Below are positions 1-9,130 of a DNA stretch of 64,000 nt, piece after piece. The DNA is from a virus. The stretch's first letter is position 1. The number at the start of each line of letters is the position of its first letter. The notes under the pieces were generated by a model. That model was not told where the DNA came from, did no database searches, and worked only from the letters and a program-made list of their open reading frames with translations. A program made the position numbers and the translations under genes. Where the stretch lies: IMG/VR virus record IMGVR_UViG_3300020185_000016; one strand, written 5' to 3'.

Positions 1-1
1 G

Positions 2-829
2 TTATTCCGCTGATACATCTATTTCAGAAATTTCTTGTCTAAGTTTTGCAAATCTATCTCGATTTTTCCAATCTCCGCCGGTTACACCGCGCACACCATG
101 AATACCAATTGTTGGCATAGCATAGTTCGAGGCTTGTTCTAATACGGCGGGATTGCCATGTTCATCAATAAAAGGATATTCTGTACCATTTTCAAAGCGG
201 TTAGATTCAATATACGTATGGGTTGTAGCACCATACTCTTCAGACAATAATGCAATATCGTCAAGATGATCCTGGTTATGTTTGTGAATAACTGTTTTAT
301 GATCAATTTCAACTGCTTTACCGCCAGCCTCAGCTAATGCTTGCATATTAGCTAAAATTTTGGATAAAATTGTTTTGCGTCTATACATATTTTGCATTTC
401 TTGATTAACGCCCTCGATTGCAAAACTAATCCGCAATGGATGGCGACCAACATATTTTTTAGCTATAAGACCAAGTTCTTTCCACCATATAACACTTCTT
501 AAACTGCCATTGGTATCAATTCTAATATTAGCGTCAGTCTTACATTCATAAATATATTGTATTATTTTAGCAATGTCTTTTGCCATAAAGGGATCACCCC
601 ATGTGCCACAAATTTCCCATACATTAATCATAGAAATAATATGCGGTGGATATGCAGCTTTAAATTCATCTAGCGTCCATTGTACAAGTGGTAGCCAATC
701 AATTTTACCTAATCCACCACTTTTATTATCAACTCTATGGCATTGCGGGCAACCCGCATTACAAAATGTAGAAATATCTAAAAATACCTGGAGTTTATTG
801 TTTTTTAAAATATCGCTATATGTTGGCAT
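2..829 (-). CDS. Radical SAM protein (core domain only, no SPASM)
   Basis: CNAGCPQC = CxxxCxxC; CGTWGDP and DTNGS motifs; TAA stop at 2-4. Confidence 0.9.
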   Translation of the reverse strand: MPTYSDILKNNKLQVFLDISTFCNAGCPQCHRVDNKSGGLGKIDWLPLVQWTLDEFKAAYPPHIISMINVWEICGTWGDPFMAKDIAKIIQYIYECKTDANIRIDTNGSLRSVIWWKELGLIAKKYVGRHPLRISFAIEGVNQEMQNMYRRKTILSKILANMQALAEAGGKAVEIDHKTVIHKHNQDHLDDIALLSEEYGATTHTYIESNRFENGTEYPFIDEHGNPAVLEQASNYAMPTIGIHGVRGVTGGDWKNRDRFAKLRQEISEIDVSAE

Positions 830-860
830 AATATTATTTCCTTATAATGCATCAATACTG

Positions 861-1106
861 TTATTTATTAACGTTTTTAGGTGATGTTAAATACAATCCT
901 TCGGTATGATTCATCGAAACAAATAATTCATTAAACATATGCGGAGATATTTGGATTACTTCATGACGATTATAGATTTCATTCCATTGACGGAAAAAAA
1001 CTACATCATCACTAACTATAATTTGAAAATCTTCATATTTTGCATCATTATCAACAATAGTAATAACACTTGCATCAAATTCTTCTTCAATACTAAACAT
1101 CGTCAC
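861..1106 (-). CDS. Hypothetical protein
   Basis: ORF tightly packed in minus-strand run. Confidence 0.6.
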   Translation of the reverse strand: MTMFSIEEEFDASVITIVDNDAKYEDFQIIVSDDVVFFRQWNEIYNRHEVIQISPHMFNELFVSMNHTEGLYLTSPKNVNK

Positions 1107-1239
1107 GTTTTTCTTTAATTAATGTTTTTATTGTATTAATTTCGGCATTAAGTAAATCGACCTCGTGCCTCAGTGAAGACACAAGATCATTTATAGCATA
1201 CATTTTTATTTCAAGATGTTTTGGATTAATCCCAGTCAT
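1093..1239 (-). CDS. Small coiled-coil hypothetical protein
   Basis: Start trimmed to MTGINPK; overlaps neighbours by 14 nt. Confidence 0.5.
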   Translation of the reverse strand: MTGINPKHLEIKMYAINDLVSSLRHEVDLLNAEINTIKTLIKEKRDDV

Positions 1240-1516
1240 TGTCAAACCTTGTTGTTTCATACAAAACTTCACCATAATATTCTTTTGCATATTTCGGTGC
1301 ATCTGTATATTGATTAATATTAATAGTTGGTTTATTTATTTCTTTTTCAAGACTTGATTCTGTACGTACAGCCCGAGCATTTAGCATAGCACGACGAGCG
1401 GCCGCAGATTTTTTCTTAATAATTTCCATGCGAGCTGCGCGCGCAACGGCTTCTTTACGACGAGTAGCAATTTGCTTAATAAGGTCAATCCGCTCTGCTT
1501 GAGTTTTTGCGATCAT
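1226..1516 (-). CDS. Basic hypothetical early protein
   Basis: GGA RBS; directly downstream of early promoter. Confidence 0.7.
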   Translation of the reverse strand: MIAKTQAERIDLIKQIATRRKEAVARAARMEIIKKKSAAARRAMLNARAVRTESSLEKEINKPTININQYTDAPKYAKEYYGEVLYETTRFDNDWD

Positions 1517-1551
1517 GTTATAAGTTCCTTAGTTAGTTTCATTTATACATC

Positions 1552-1580
1552 TTTATAGCATATAAGAAAGGGAATGTAAA
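1552..1580 (-). promoter_or_regulatory. Early sigma70-type promoter
   Basis: TTTACA-N17-TATAAA with extended TG; near-identical to 59023..59051. Confidence 0.85.
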
Positions 1581-1614
1581 CCCCTAAAATGCAATTAATC
1601 GAAATTAATTTCAA

Positions 1615-1881
1615 TTAACCCCAATCTTTTTTATCTCCGAGTTCTTCATTACGTTCATAACCAGCAGTATATTGTAAGATTTCGTCATTTGACATATTAT
1701 GCCACGTAATACATTCACCATTATTAGTACCATATGGCCACCAATGTGGATTATATGCGCGATGATAATAACTATCAGCGCCACCCCGATCAAATGGGCC
1801 ACCATGACGAATCATCTCATTACTATCCGACCACGTAAGATCAAATTCAACACCATTATAAGTGTATAATTCTTTCTTCAT
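1615..1881 (-). CDS. Hypothetical protein
   Basis: ORF with RHGGPFDRGGADSYY motif. Confidence 0.7.
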   Translation of the reverse strand: MKKELYTYNGVEFDLTWSDSNEMIRHGGPFDRGGADSYYHRAYNPHWWPYGTNNGECITWHNMSNDEILQYTAGYERNEELGDKKDWG

Positions 1882-1925
1882 AATATATACCCTTTAACTA
1901 TTTTCATTTATTGTAAAAAAGTTTT

Positions 1926-2147
1926 TCAAAAATTGCGCGCATAGACCTCCGTTTTGACCGCAATTGCATTCGCAGCAAAGCTTTTTTCTTCCATACGTAT
2001 TACATTAATCATTGAAAACTTTTCATTTGGGTTTTGCAACCTATTATAATAATGTTGAACTGAAGTGGCAGAAATTCCAGTTGCCCATTCAATCATTTCA
2101 TAATTACCGTTTTCTTTGGCATAAGCTTTAACTTCATACTTGGTCAT
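1926..2147 (-). CDS. Hypothetical protein
   Basis: Abuts upstream ORF. Confidence 0.6.
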   Translation of the reverse strand: MTKYEVKAYAKENGNYEMIEWATGISATSVQHYYNRLQNPNEKFSMINVIRMEEKSFAANAIAVKTEVYARNF

Positions 2148-2149
2148 AA

Positions 2150-2488
2150 TTATATTCCTTCAATTTTTTTAAATCCCATACCGGCACATAAGAAAAATTC
2201 TCCATTTAATTCAAAAATATCACCAACCGAAGAAGATGTTCCGTTATCACCTAAAACATCAACATACCGCTGATTGTTCCAAAGATTAGTCCATTCAAAT
2301 GCTTCTTCAAGATTTTCTGTTTCAACTTCATATGCCGCAGTATAAAACTCTGAGAAATAATTAGCTTGAACCCGTTCGGCATCACCAAATTGCAACTGCA
2401 TTTTGGCATCAAACTTTGGAACAGTCTCGTTGCGATTTATTGCATCAATTTCTGTTGGAGTGAGCTGTATTTGGTGAATAGTAATCAT
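2150..2488 (-). CDS. Hypothetical early protein
   Basis: GAGG RBS before MITIHQ; ends SSSVGDIFELNGEFFLCAGMGF. Confidence 0.7.
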   Translation of the reverse strand: MITIHQIQLTPTEIDAINRNETVPKFDAKMQLQFGDAERVQANYFSEFYTAAYEVETENLEEAFEWTNLWNNQRYVDVLGDNGTSSSVGDIFELNGEFFLCAGMGFKKIEGI

Positions 2489-2513
2489 AGTAATTCCTCT
2501 ATATGTTACATAG

Positions 2514-2542
2514 AATATAACATGCAAAAACAGGAATGTAAA
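2514..2542 (-). promoter_or_regulatory. Early promoter
   Basis: TTTACA-N17-TATATT. Confidence 0.8.
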
Positions 2543-2592
2543 CACTAAAATACATTTTATTTGTATTTTATTTTAACTGAGACATTTTTGTA

Positions 2593-2889
2593 TCAGTAAT
2601 ATGTTTTATATAATTTTTTAATTTTATCTAGCTCGGGATGTTTATGAATCCATTGACCGGTACTAGCATTAAATTCTTTTTTAAAAAATGTATCTAATTT
2701 TTTATTAGTAGTTTTTATTGAAGTATCTACTTGTAAACATTTTTTATCAAATTCTGCATCTGACATAATTTCAGAATTTTTAAATTCATAAGCATATGCA
2801 GCAATGCTTAATTTAATACGCAACCAAGTTTGAAATTCAATTTCAGTTTTTTGTTTGGGAGTATTGTGCATAAATTGTTCAAGAGACAT
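2593..2889 (-). CDS. Small protein resembling NAD-dependent DNA ligase subdomain Ia
   Basis: AYAYEFKNSEIMSDAEFDK resembles LigA YY..D.P.ISDAEYD; start at MSLEQF. Confidence 0.55.
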   Translation of the reverse strand: MSLEQFMHNTPKQKTEIEFQTWLRIKLSIAAYAYEFKNSEIMSDAEFDKKCLQVDTSIKTTNKKLDTFFKKEFNASTGQWIHKHPELDKIKKLYKTYY

Positions 2890-2890
2890 A

Positions 2891-3364
2891 TTACTTTTTT
2901 GCCCATTTGGTAATTGTTCCGAATGGTGTAATACTGATTTTTCGAGGTTCAAATAATTTAAAAATTTCTGCTTTTGGTAAATGAACATCACAATTATAAT
3001 TTTTGCCAACATTATTTAGCCATAACTCATCAATAATATCTAATGAACTATTTACTAGTTGTGATCCACCAATAATCCAAACATCTTCATATTGAGATAT
3101 TGTATTCATTCTTGATTTGTAAATATCCGGGCGTATAATTTCTACACCGTACTGTATTTTCATTTTAGAGGACACTACTATGTTATGTCTATTAGATAGC
3201 GGTTTAAATGGTAAACTTTCCCAAGTAGACCTACCCATAACAACAGTAGAACCATTAGTGGATTCTTTAAACCATTTTAAATCTTCACTATTTTTAGGCC
3301 ACGGCAAATCATTATTTTTGCCAATTCCCCAATGTTTATCGTGGGCTAGAATTGCTCTAATCAT
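2891..3364 (-). CDS. frd: Dihydrofolate reductase
   Basis: GIGKNNDLPW, VVMGRSTWESLP, LSNRHNIVVS, IIGG motifs. Confidence 0.97.
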   Translation of the reverse strand: MIRAILAHDKHWGIGKNNDLPWPKNSEDLKWFKESTNGSTVVMGRSTWESLPFKPLSNRHNIVVSSKMKIQYGVEIIRPDIYKSRMNTISQYEDVWIIGGSQLVNSSLDIIDELWLNNVGKNYNCDVHLPKAEIFKLFEPRKISITPFGTITKWAKK

Positions 3365-3366
3365 AA

Positions 3367-3567
3367 TTAAGTTAATCCATTAAGTAATTTTACTACTAAT
3401 TCTTGGCTTTCGGCTATATGATATGTTGATCCATTTGAGGTAAAAATTCTGGTACATGACATATTTTCAACATTATCAGTATAAATTGCCATAATATGGT
3501 CAGAATTAAGATATATCTTATCTCCAACTCTACCTTCGGCCATATTTTCAAAACATATAAAACTCAT
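3367..3567 (-). CDS. FlbD-like small protein
   Basis: YLNSDHI..TRIFTSNGSTYHIAESQELV resembles FlbD pattern. Confidence 0.5.
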   Translation of the reverse strand: MSFICFENMAEGRVGDKIYLNSDHIMAIYTDNVENMSCTRIFTSNGSTYHIAESQELVVKLLNGLT

Positions 3568-3568
3568 A

Positions 3569-3934
3569 TTATTTTTCTTCGTCAAAAAGACAAAAGCGAA
3601 TACATTGCTCAGCAACGTTTTCACCATTTTTCCATGATTCTGGAAGTGTTTTAGTAAACCACTCATGTTCAACAATTTCTTCGAGTGGTTTGTTTTTAAT
3701 ATTTAAATCATGAGCATTTTTTTTATACTCATTCATAAGATGCCCGACTTGCCAATCCGCAAATTGGGTACGGTATTCACTATTACCAAGATAACAACAT
3801 GGCAATACTCCACCATCCGGATTAACTAAAATACGGTTATTTTCCATCCATTGGCATTTTACTTTAATTTCGCCACTTTCAAGCCGAGCACAGTTCTCAT
3901 CGCTTATAATATAATCTCTATTATATTTTTTCAT
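3569..3934 (-). CDS. Stand-alone SPASM/twitch Fe-S domain protein
   Basis: C...VNPDGGVLPCC...LNIKNKPLEEI...CIRFC. Confidence 0.8.
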   Translation of the reverse strand: MKKYNRDYIISDENCARLESGEIKVKCQWMENNRILVNPDGGVLPCCYLGNSEYRTQFADWQVGHLMNEYKKNAHDLNIKNKPLEEIVEHEWFTKTLPESWKNGENVAEQCIRFCLFDEEK

Positions 3935-4191
3935 GCTTTATAAATTCCGGTTAATTTTGTTTCAAATGCTTCAACTTTTGCCAATCTATTAGGCCAAAGA
4001 ATATATTCTTTTTCGGGATTTGCTTTTAAATTATTTAAAAGCGGAATAATTGCATTATATAATGCGTCTAATTTTTCTTGTGTACTTTGTGCGTTAGCTG
4101 ATACTGATTGGGTGGTCGCCTGCAATTCTTGTACTGCCTGCAATTCGTCTTCGTCAACAGCAGTAAATCCGAAATCAAATAAATCATTCAT
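3931..4191 (-). CDS. Hypothetical coiled-coil protein
   Basis: MNDLFDFGFTAVDEDEL start; 4-nt overlap. Confidence 0.7.
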   Translation of the reverse strand: MNDLFDFGFTAVDEDELQAVQELQATTQSVSANAQSTQEKLDALYNAIIPLLNNLKANPEKEYILWPNRLAKVEAFETKLTGIYKA

Positions 4192-4262
4192 TATTTTTAG
4201 CCTTTTCATCTTCTTCTCTGTATTTACGCATTATATACGCGTAATAAGATTCTCTGGGTTCT

Positions 4263-4760
4263 TTATTGACCATATGGAACGTCCACATAGACAGTATCAC
4301 CAACAGAATAAAAAGAATCTGAATAAATATAGCCACGCAAATTCTGGCGCTTCCAATGAATAATATATGTATATGATTGAGTTTCTACCGGAACATTAAC
4401 TGTAGTACATACAGTTTCTGAACGATATCCAGATACAACCCGTTTATTACTGGTTTTATCTGCAGCAATAACAGCGCCAAAAATTGCTCCGGCCGCGGCA
4501 CCTTTATCATTTCCGCTAACACCTTTACCAAGCAATCCACCAAGAATCATTCCAGCAAGAACATCTCCGCTATTAGATCCAGACTCAATATTGCGATAAA
4601 CTGGAACATTTTGTAATGAGCATTGTTTTTGGTTTTGATATGATGTTTGCACTTGAGTAATTTTTTCAACATGCCAGACTTTAGCTGAACGTGTTACTGC
4701 AAATGCCGCAGTACTTGCAAGACTGGCTATAACAGCCAATGGTATAAGTGATTTTTTCAT
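4263..4760 (-). CDS. Secreted glycine-zipper protein (YcfJ-like)
   Basis: Signal peptide; GMILGGLLG..GAAAGAIFGAVIA. Confidence 0.8.
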   Translation of the reverse strand: MKKSLIPLAVIASLASTAAFAVTRSAKVWHVEKITQVQTSYQNQKQCSLQNVPVYRNIESGSNSGDVLAGMILGGLLGKGVSGNDKGAAAGAIFGAVIAADKTSNKRVVSGYRSETVCTTVNVPVETQSYTYIIHWKRQNLRGYIYSDSFYSVGDTVYVDVPYGQ

Positions 4761-4786
4761 AGCAATTTCCTCATATGATTTAATTT

Positions 4787-4815
4787 ATTATAACAAATAA
4801 AATACAGGATGTAAA
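4787..4815 (-). promoter_or_regulatory. Early promoter
   Basis: TTTACA-N17-TATAAT. Confidence 0.85.
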
Positions 4816-4875
4816 CAGTTAATTTCACTTTTATGAAAATAAAGTGACCCACAATTTCTGCAGGCCACTTTACTA

Positions 4876-5745
4876 TTATAAGAGTACTGCTAAAGTGGCT
4901 GGACCAGCAATACCATCAGCAGTTAAGCCATTTGCGGCTTGCCATTCTTTTAATGCGCGCTCAGTGCCTGGACCAAATACGCCATCCGCACTAATACCCA
5001 AAGCTTCTTGCATCATTCCAACACCTGCGCCCTTGCAACCTTTACGTAGCACACCGATATCATCTACATCAAAATCATCATCACCAGCATCTTCGCTAAG
5101 TGAAACCGGATTACCAAACACTTCCATTGCTTTTGAATATCTGCTTTGACGATCCGCAAGACCAATATTTCCGCCGTTAATTTTTTTTGTCATTTTCACA
5201 ACGTCATCAGTATCTGCAATAGCATTGAGGTTATTGGCATCCCAGAACCAGCACGCTGACTCTACAGCGCCCTTAGGTGTTGCTACATAGATTGCAGCTT
5301 CTTCTGCACTAATGCCAATGCTACGGCCAAATTTGGTATAATTTTCGCGACCAGTTAATTGCTTAAGCCCACGACCCCGAAATAACCAACCATCACCTTC
5401 ATTAACATTGCCCATTTTATATTTGCGGAATTCATCCATATAAACATAATTAGCAATTTTTTCGGGATTACGAGCATAATCAGCAGCATTGCGTTTATGT
5501 GGAGCTGAGCCAAAATAACGTCCAAACACTGCGTTGAGCGCTTTTTCACTATAGTTTAAATTTTCTGATAATGAGCGGAAATTATTAGATTCATGTGCAC
5601 ACTGAGAAATAAAATGCGCAGCCCGTCGTTCAGTAGTAATATCATATTTGGGCATTATAGCAACTAACGCTTCATACCAAGAATCAATATCTTTATTACC
5701 GGGAATTAGCTGTGCAAGTTGTTCTTTTTGTAATTCAAAACTCAT
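4876..5745 (-). CDS. Endolysin: GH19 domain plus C-terminal peptidoglycan-binding domain
   Basis: AHFISQCAHES, FRGRGLKQLTGRENY, TKKINGG; DGVFGPGT and DGIAGPAT repeats. Confidence 0.92.
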   Translation of the reverse strand: MSFELQKEQLAQLIPGNKDIDSWYEALVAIMPKYDITTERRAAHFISQCAHESNNFRSLSENLNYSEKALNAVFGRYFGSAPHKRNAADYARNPEKIANYVYMDEFRKYKMGNVNEGDGWLFRGRGLKQLTGRENYTKFGRSIGISAEEAAIYVATPKGAVESACWFWDANNLNAIADTDDVVKMTKKINGGNIGLADRQSRYSKAMEVFGNPVSLSEDAGDDDFDVDDIGVLRKGCKGAGVGMMQEALGISADGVFGPGTERALKEWQAANGLTADGIAGPATLAVLL

Positions 5746-5765
5746 GGTTTATATCCTTTTCAATT

Positions 5766-6524
5766 TTATAAATTGTTTTTCAAGTTAGCTTCTATATTAC
5801 TTATATATCCATCAATTGAATGATCAGTTAGTGGATCGGCTGCTCCGGATGTCCAAATACCATCCAAAAATTCTTTTAATTTAAATAAAAGATTGCTTTT
5901 ACGTTCAACGCCTTCGGCGTCAAAATAACATTCTGTGCCATGGTGCTTATATCCCATAATTGCTAATGGAACCCGGCAAACAATATCATTATTATTTACC
6001 CATCTCATATGTGGGGTTTGCAAATTTTTAGTATAGCCCTTTAATCCAACTCGTGGGGAGCCAAAGGTAAAAATTGCCATAGGATCGGATAAGTGTGCTG
6101 CATTAAAACATCTTGAAGCCATAATGGTAGTCATGCCAGCCCCTAAGCTATGCCCAGTAAACCAAAGATCTCTATTTTTAACCGCGCCCACTCTAAGTTT
6201 AGATTCTAGTAATGGCCATAAATCATCTGCTTCCGATTTAAATCCAGCATGAACTCTACTTTTAGATTCCGATTTTACTGGCCATGCATTTAAATCTGCT
6301 TTTAAATCATTTAATTCAGTTGGTTCTGTGCCACGACAAGCAATAACAGTATCATCAGCACTTTGAAAACGATAAGCTTGTGCTCCATCAGCATTATAAA
6401 ATTCAGCAAAATAAAAGCCCAATTTTTTACTTTCAATCTTAGCTTTAGTGGGCTTCATATATGCAATTTTTGAAAGCTTTGCAAATAATAATGCTTGTTC
6501 ATATTTTGACATATTTCTTATCAT
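5766..6524 (-). CDS. Lipase class 3 family alpha/beta hydrolase
   Basis: CRGTE, VHAGF, GHSLG, TFGSPRVG, NNNDIV, H. Confidence 0.92.
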   Translation of the reverse strand: MIRNMSKYEQALLFAKLSKIAYMKPTKAKIESKKLGFYFAEFYNADGAQAYRFQSADDTVIACRGTEPTELNDLKADLNAWPVKSESKSRVHAGFKSEADDLWPLLESKLRVGAVKNRDLWFTGHSLGAGMTTIMASRCFNAAHLSDPMAIFTFGSPRVGLKGYTKNLQTPHMRWVNNNDIVCRVPLAIMGYKHHGTECYFDAEGVERKSNLLFKLKEFLDGIWTSGAADPLTDHSIDGYISNIEANLKNNL

Positions 6525-6534
6525 TTTTCTGTCC

Positions 6535-8319
6535 TTATAAAGTAAGTATTCTACTCTTATCTATTGTAACTTCATCAGCATTTTCATAATAAACAGTTTC
6601 TTCTTTTTTTACAGTTTTTGGTTTAGTGGAATTTTTATATTTTTTGAATCCCATATTTGCAGCAATTAATAGTAAAACTGCAAGTGGATCAAATACAGAA
6701 ATAATAATAATTATTACCCATCTGACAGCTTCTTCTAATAAATCTTCGGTTGCATCTTCTCTATAAATGAATTCTGCAATATATTTTACTGGTCCAACTT
6801 CAGTTTCGTATTTACGGTATTCAGATTCTAAATTAAATTTTTCCACATATAAAGATTCTATTTCGGAATTTTTTGCGATAATAGCAGCTTCTTCAATTGT
6901 AATTGCATTAGTATTATCAGTAGTAATTCCAATTGATAAACTATTTCTTAAGCTAACAATTAAATTTTGACTTGCTAATATTTGGGCATTTACAGTCTCT
7001 CGTATTTGGTCTATTTTAACACGGGCTTCATTAATTTTAGCACTTTCTGTGTTTTGTAATTCTTTAATTGTATTTTGGGCTATAACTCTTTTATCCCTAT
7101 TCTGAATAACAAGCGTATTTTCAATATTATCAATTTTTGCTTGTATATCATTTTGAATATTATTTAATTCTTTACTAGAATCTTTTCTGATATTGCTAAT
7201 AATATCTAATGCTTCTTGTTTTGAGTTATTTATTGATATCGACTGATTTCCTCTCAAGTCATTAATCAAATTGGCTAGCCGCTGTTTTTCATTATCTAAC
7301 GCTGTTTGTGCAATTGATCTTAAATCTAAAATTTGATTTTGTAATTCAATAATTCTTTCTCGCTGAGATTCTATCCAAATATTATAAGCATTTCTAGTAT
7401 TATTACCAAATAGCCCATCAGAGGTAACACCAATCACTGCTTGGCCTTGCTGTATTTTATCTTTATCTTTACTCTGTAGATTATTTGTTACTATAATAAT
7501 TTGATCTTCAATTTTTGCTATTTGAATTGCAATAAGTTCTGCTGAACTATTATCAATTTTTAATGTTGATAGTTTTTCTTCGTATCCAGCAGCAGTTTCG
7601 TTTATTGTTTTTAATTCATTATTAAGCAATTCTATTTGGCTTAAATATGGCGCAGTTTTTTCTTCAATGCTAGAAACATCAGCATTATTTAATTCTTTTC
7701 TATACTGATTAGTTAATGCAACCAATCGAATTAATTCATTATCAAGACTTTCAATATCCGCTTCAAAAGATGCAATTCTCTTCTGGCGATTAGAATTTTC
7801 GGTTTCAATAATTGCTAATTGTTCATTAATTTGTGGTTCAACTCTGGCATATGCATTGTTGATACGAAGTTGTTCTTTATCTAGTTGTTCTTGTATAGCA
7901 TCATTATTAGCAAAAGCATTTTCTCCTATAGTTATAATCTTTTCTTCGGATCGTGCTATAGCAGTTTTTAATCTAGCAATATCTTCATCAATTCTTTCAA
8001 TTTTAGCCAATCCATCTTTAGCGCCGGCAGTTTGCTCAATATGAGCTTTAGACAAGAAGCCAAAAATACCCATGCTTGTAATAAACATAAGCAGCACTAC
8101 CGAAAGTGTTAAATAAGATTTTAAAAGAAATGGGGTATTTTTCCAATTATCATATAACCAAGTAGCAGTTATAAGTTTACCAGCCTCTAATACGCCACCC
8201 ATAATAGCAACAGGAATAATAGCCGCTGCAAATATTGAGGTTAACCCAATTATTGAATAATACGCTGCAACTGCAGCAATTGCTAATGAGCAAATAAATG
8301 CTAAAATATTAATAAACAT
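6535..8319 (-). CDS. Membrane-anchored long coiled-coil protein with internal PG-binding motif
   Basis: Three N-terminal and one C-terminal hydrophobic segments; heptads; DGLFGNNT. Confidence 0.8.
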   Translation of the reverse strand: MFINILAFICSLAIAAVAAYYSIIGLTSIFAAAIIPVAIMGGVLEAGKLITATWLYDNWKNTPFLLKSYLTLSVVLLMFITSMGIFGFLSKAHIEQTAGAKDGLAKIERIDEDIARLKTAIARSEEKIITIGENAFANNDAIQEQLDKEQLRINNAYARVEPQINEQLAIIETENSNRQKRIASFEADIESLDNELIRLVALTNQYRKELNNADVSSIEEKTAPYLSQIELLNNELKTINETAAGYEEKLSTLKIDNSSAELIAIQIAKIEDQIIIVTNNLQSKDKDKIQQGQAVIGVTSDGLFGNNTRNAYNIWIESQRERIIELQNQILDLRSIAQTALDNEKQRLANLINDLRGNQSISINNSKQEALDIISNIRKDSSKELNNIQNDIQAKIDNIENTLVIQNRDKRVIAQNTIKELQNTESAKINEARVKIDQIRETVNAQILASQNLIVSLRNSLSIGITTDNTNAITIEEAAIIAKNSEIESLYVEKFNLESEYRKYETEVGPVKYIAEFIYREDATEDLLEEAVRWVIIIIISVFDPLAVLLLIAANMGFKKYKNSTKPKTVKKEETVYYENADEVTIDKSRILTL

Positions 8320-8350
8320 TAATGACTTTCGTATATAAGTAATGTATACT

Positions 8351-8358
8351 TATTTATA
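8351..8358 (-). promoter_or_regulatory. T4-type late promoter
   Basis: TATAAATA 32 nt upstream of 8319 start. Confidence 0.7.
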
Positions 8359-8375
8359 TATTAAAAGCTGTTAAA

Positions 8376-8564
8376 TTATGCTTTTTCGCCCAAAACAAAT
8401 ACGCAACCAGCTTCGTAATTGGGCGGAAAAAATTTACCATCTCCGCCTAGCATTAAAGATAATACTGATCTATTGTATATACATTCATCAGGAGTAGCAT
8501 ATAGACCAATAGTCGATGCGTCTAATTTACCGCTAACAAATACCACATAAACTAATGCCCACAT
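8376..8564 (-). CDS. Hypothetical protein
   Basis: GGA RBS, packed ORF. Confidence 0.6.
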   Translation of the reverse strand: MWALVYVVFVSGKLDASTIGLYATPDECIYNRSVLSLMLGGDGKFFPPNYEAGCVFVLGEKA

Positions 8565-8576
8565 TTATTTAATCCT

Positions 8577-9107
8577 TTAATCCCATAGATTTTCATAGAA
8601 ACGACCAAATAATTTAAATCCATCAGTCATTCTACCTTGATGCGCTATAGCATCTTCATTATCCCATTTATAGTCATATTCAGATATCCAACAATCTTTG
8701 CATTTTTGTTCAAACGCCCAAATCATTTCGTCTAAAATATTGTCCCATTCTTCTTCACTTAATTCATGTGGATAACTATGCTTTGTTTCTTTTAGCTGTT
8801 TAAGCATCGGTAATATAATCAAAGCAAGCGTATTATCCATACTCCATGTATCCCATGGATCTATACGAACCTTAACTTTTTGTACTCTTTTGTCTAGCCA
8901 CAATCGATTAATTACATCGTATACTGACTGTACAGCATTTTCAATTTTTTCAAGAATCATTTCTTTAAACGGTTCTTGAACTGGTAGTAGTCCCTTTTGT
9001 TTATAATCAGGCCGTAACTTTTTCAGAGCATCATATTTTTTATCCATATAATTTGTATGAATATCACAAATCAATCTATTTGGATATTTTTTAATCCGTA
9101 CTTTCAT
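8577..9107 (-). CDS. Hypothetical protein
   Basis: WDNILDEMIWAF motif; late promoter upstream. Confidence 0.75.
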   Translation of the reverse strand: MKVRIKKYPNRLICDIHTNYMDKKYDALKKLRPDYKQKGLLPVQEPFKEMILEKIENAVQSVYDVINRLWLDKRVQKVKVRIDPWDTWSMDNTLALIILPMLKQLKETKHSYPHELSEEEWDNILDEMIWAFEQKCKDCWISEYDYKWDNEDAIAHQGRMTDGFKLFGRFYENLWD

Positions 9108-9122
9108 AGCATATTCCTTAAA

Positions 9123-9130
9123 TATTTATA
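9123..9130 (-). promoter_or_regulatory. T4-type late promoter
   Basis: TATAAATA. Confidence 0.55.
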
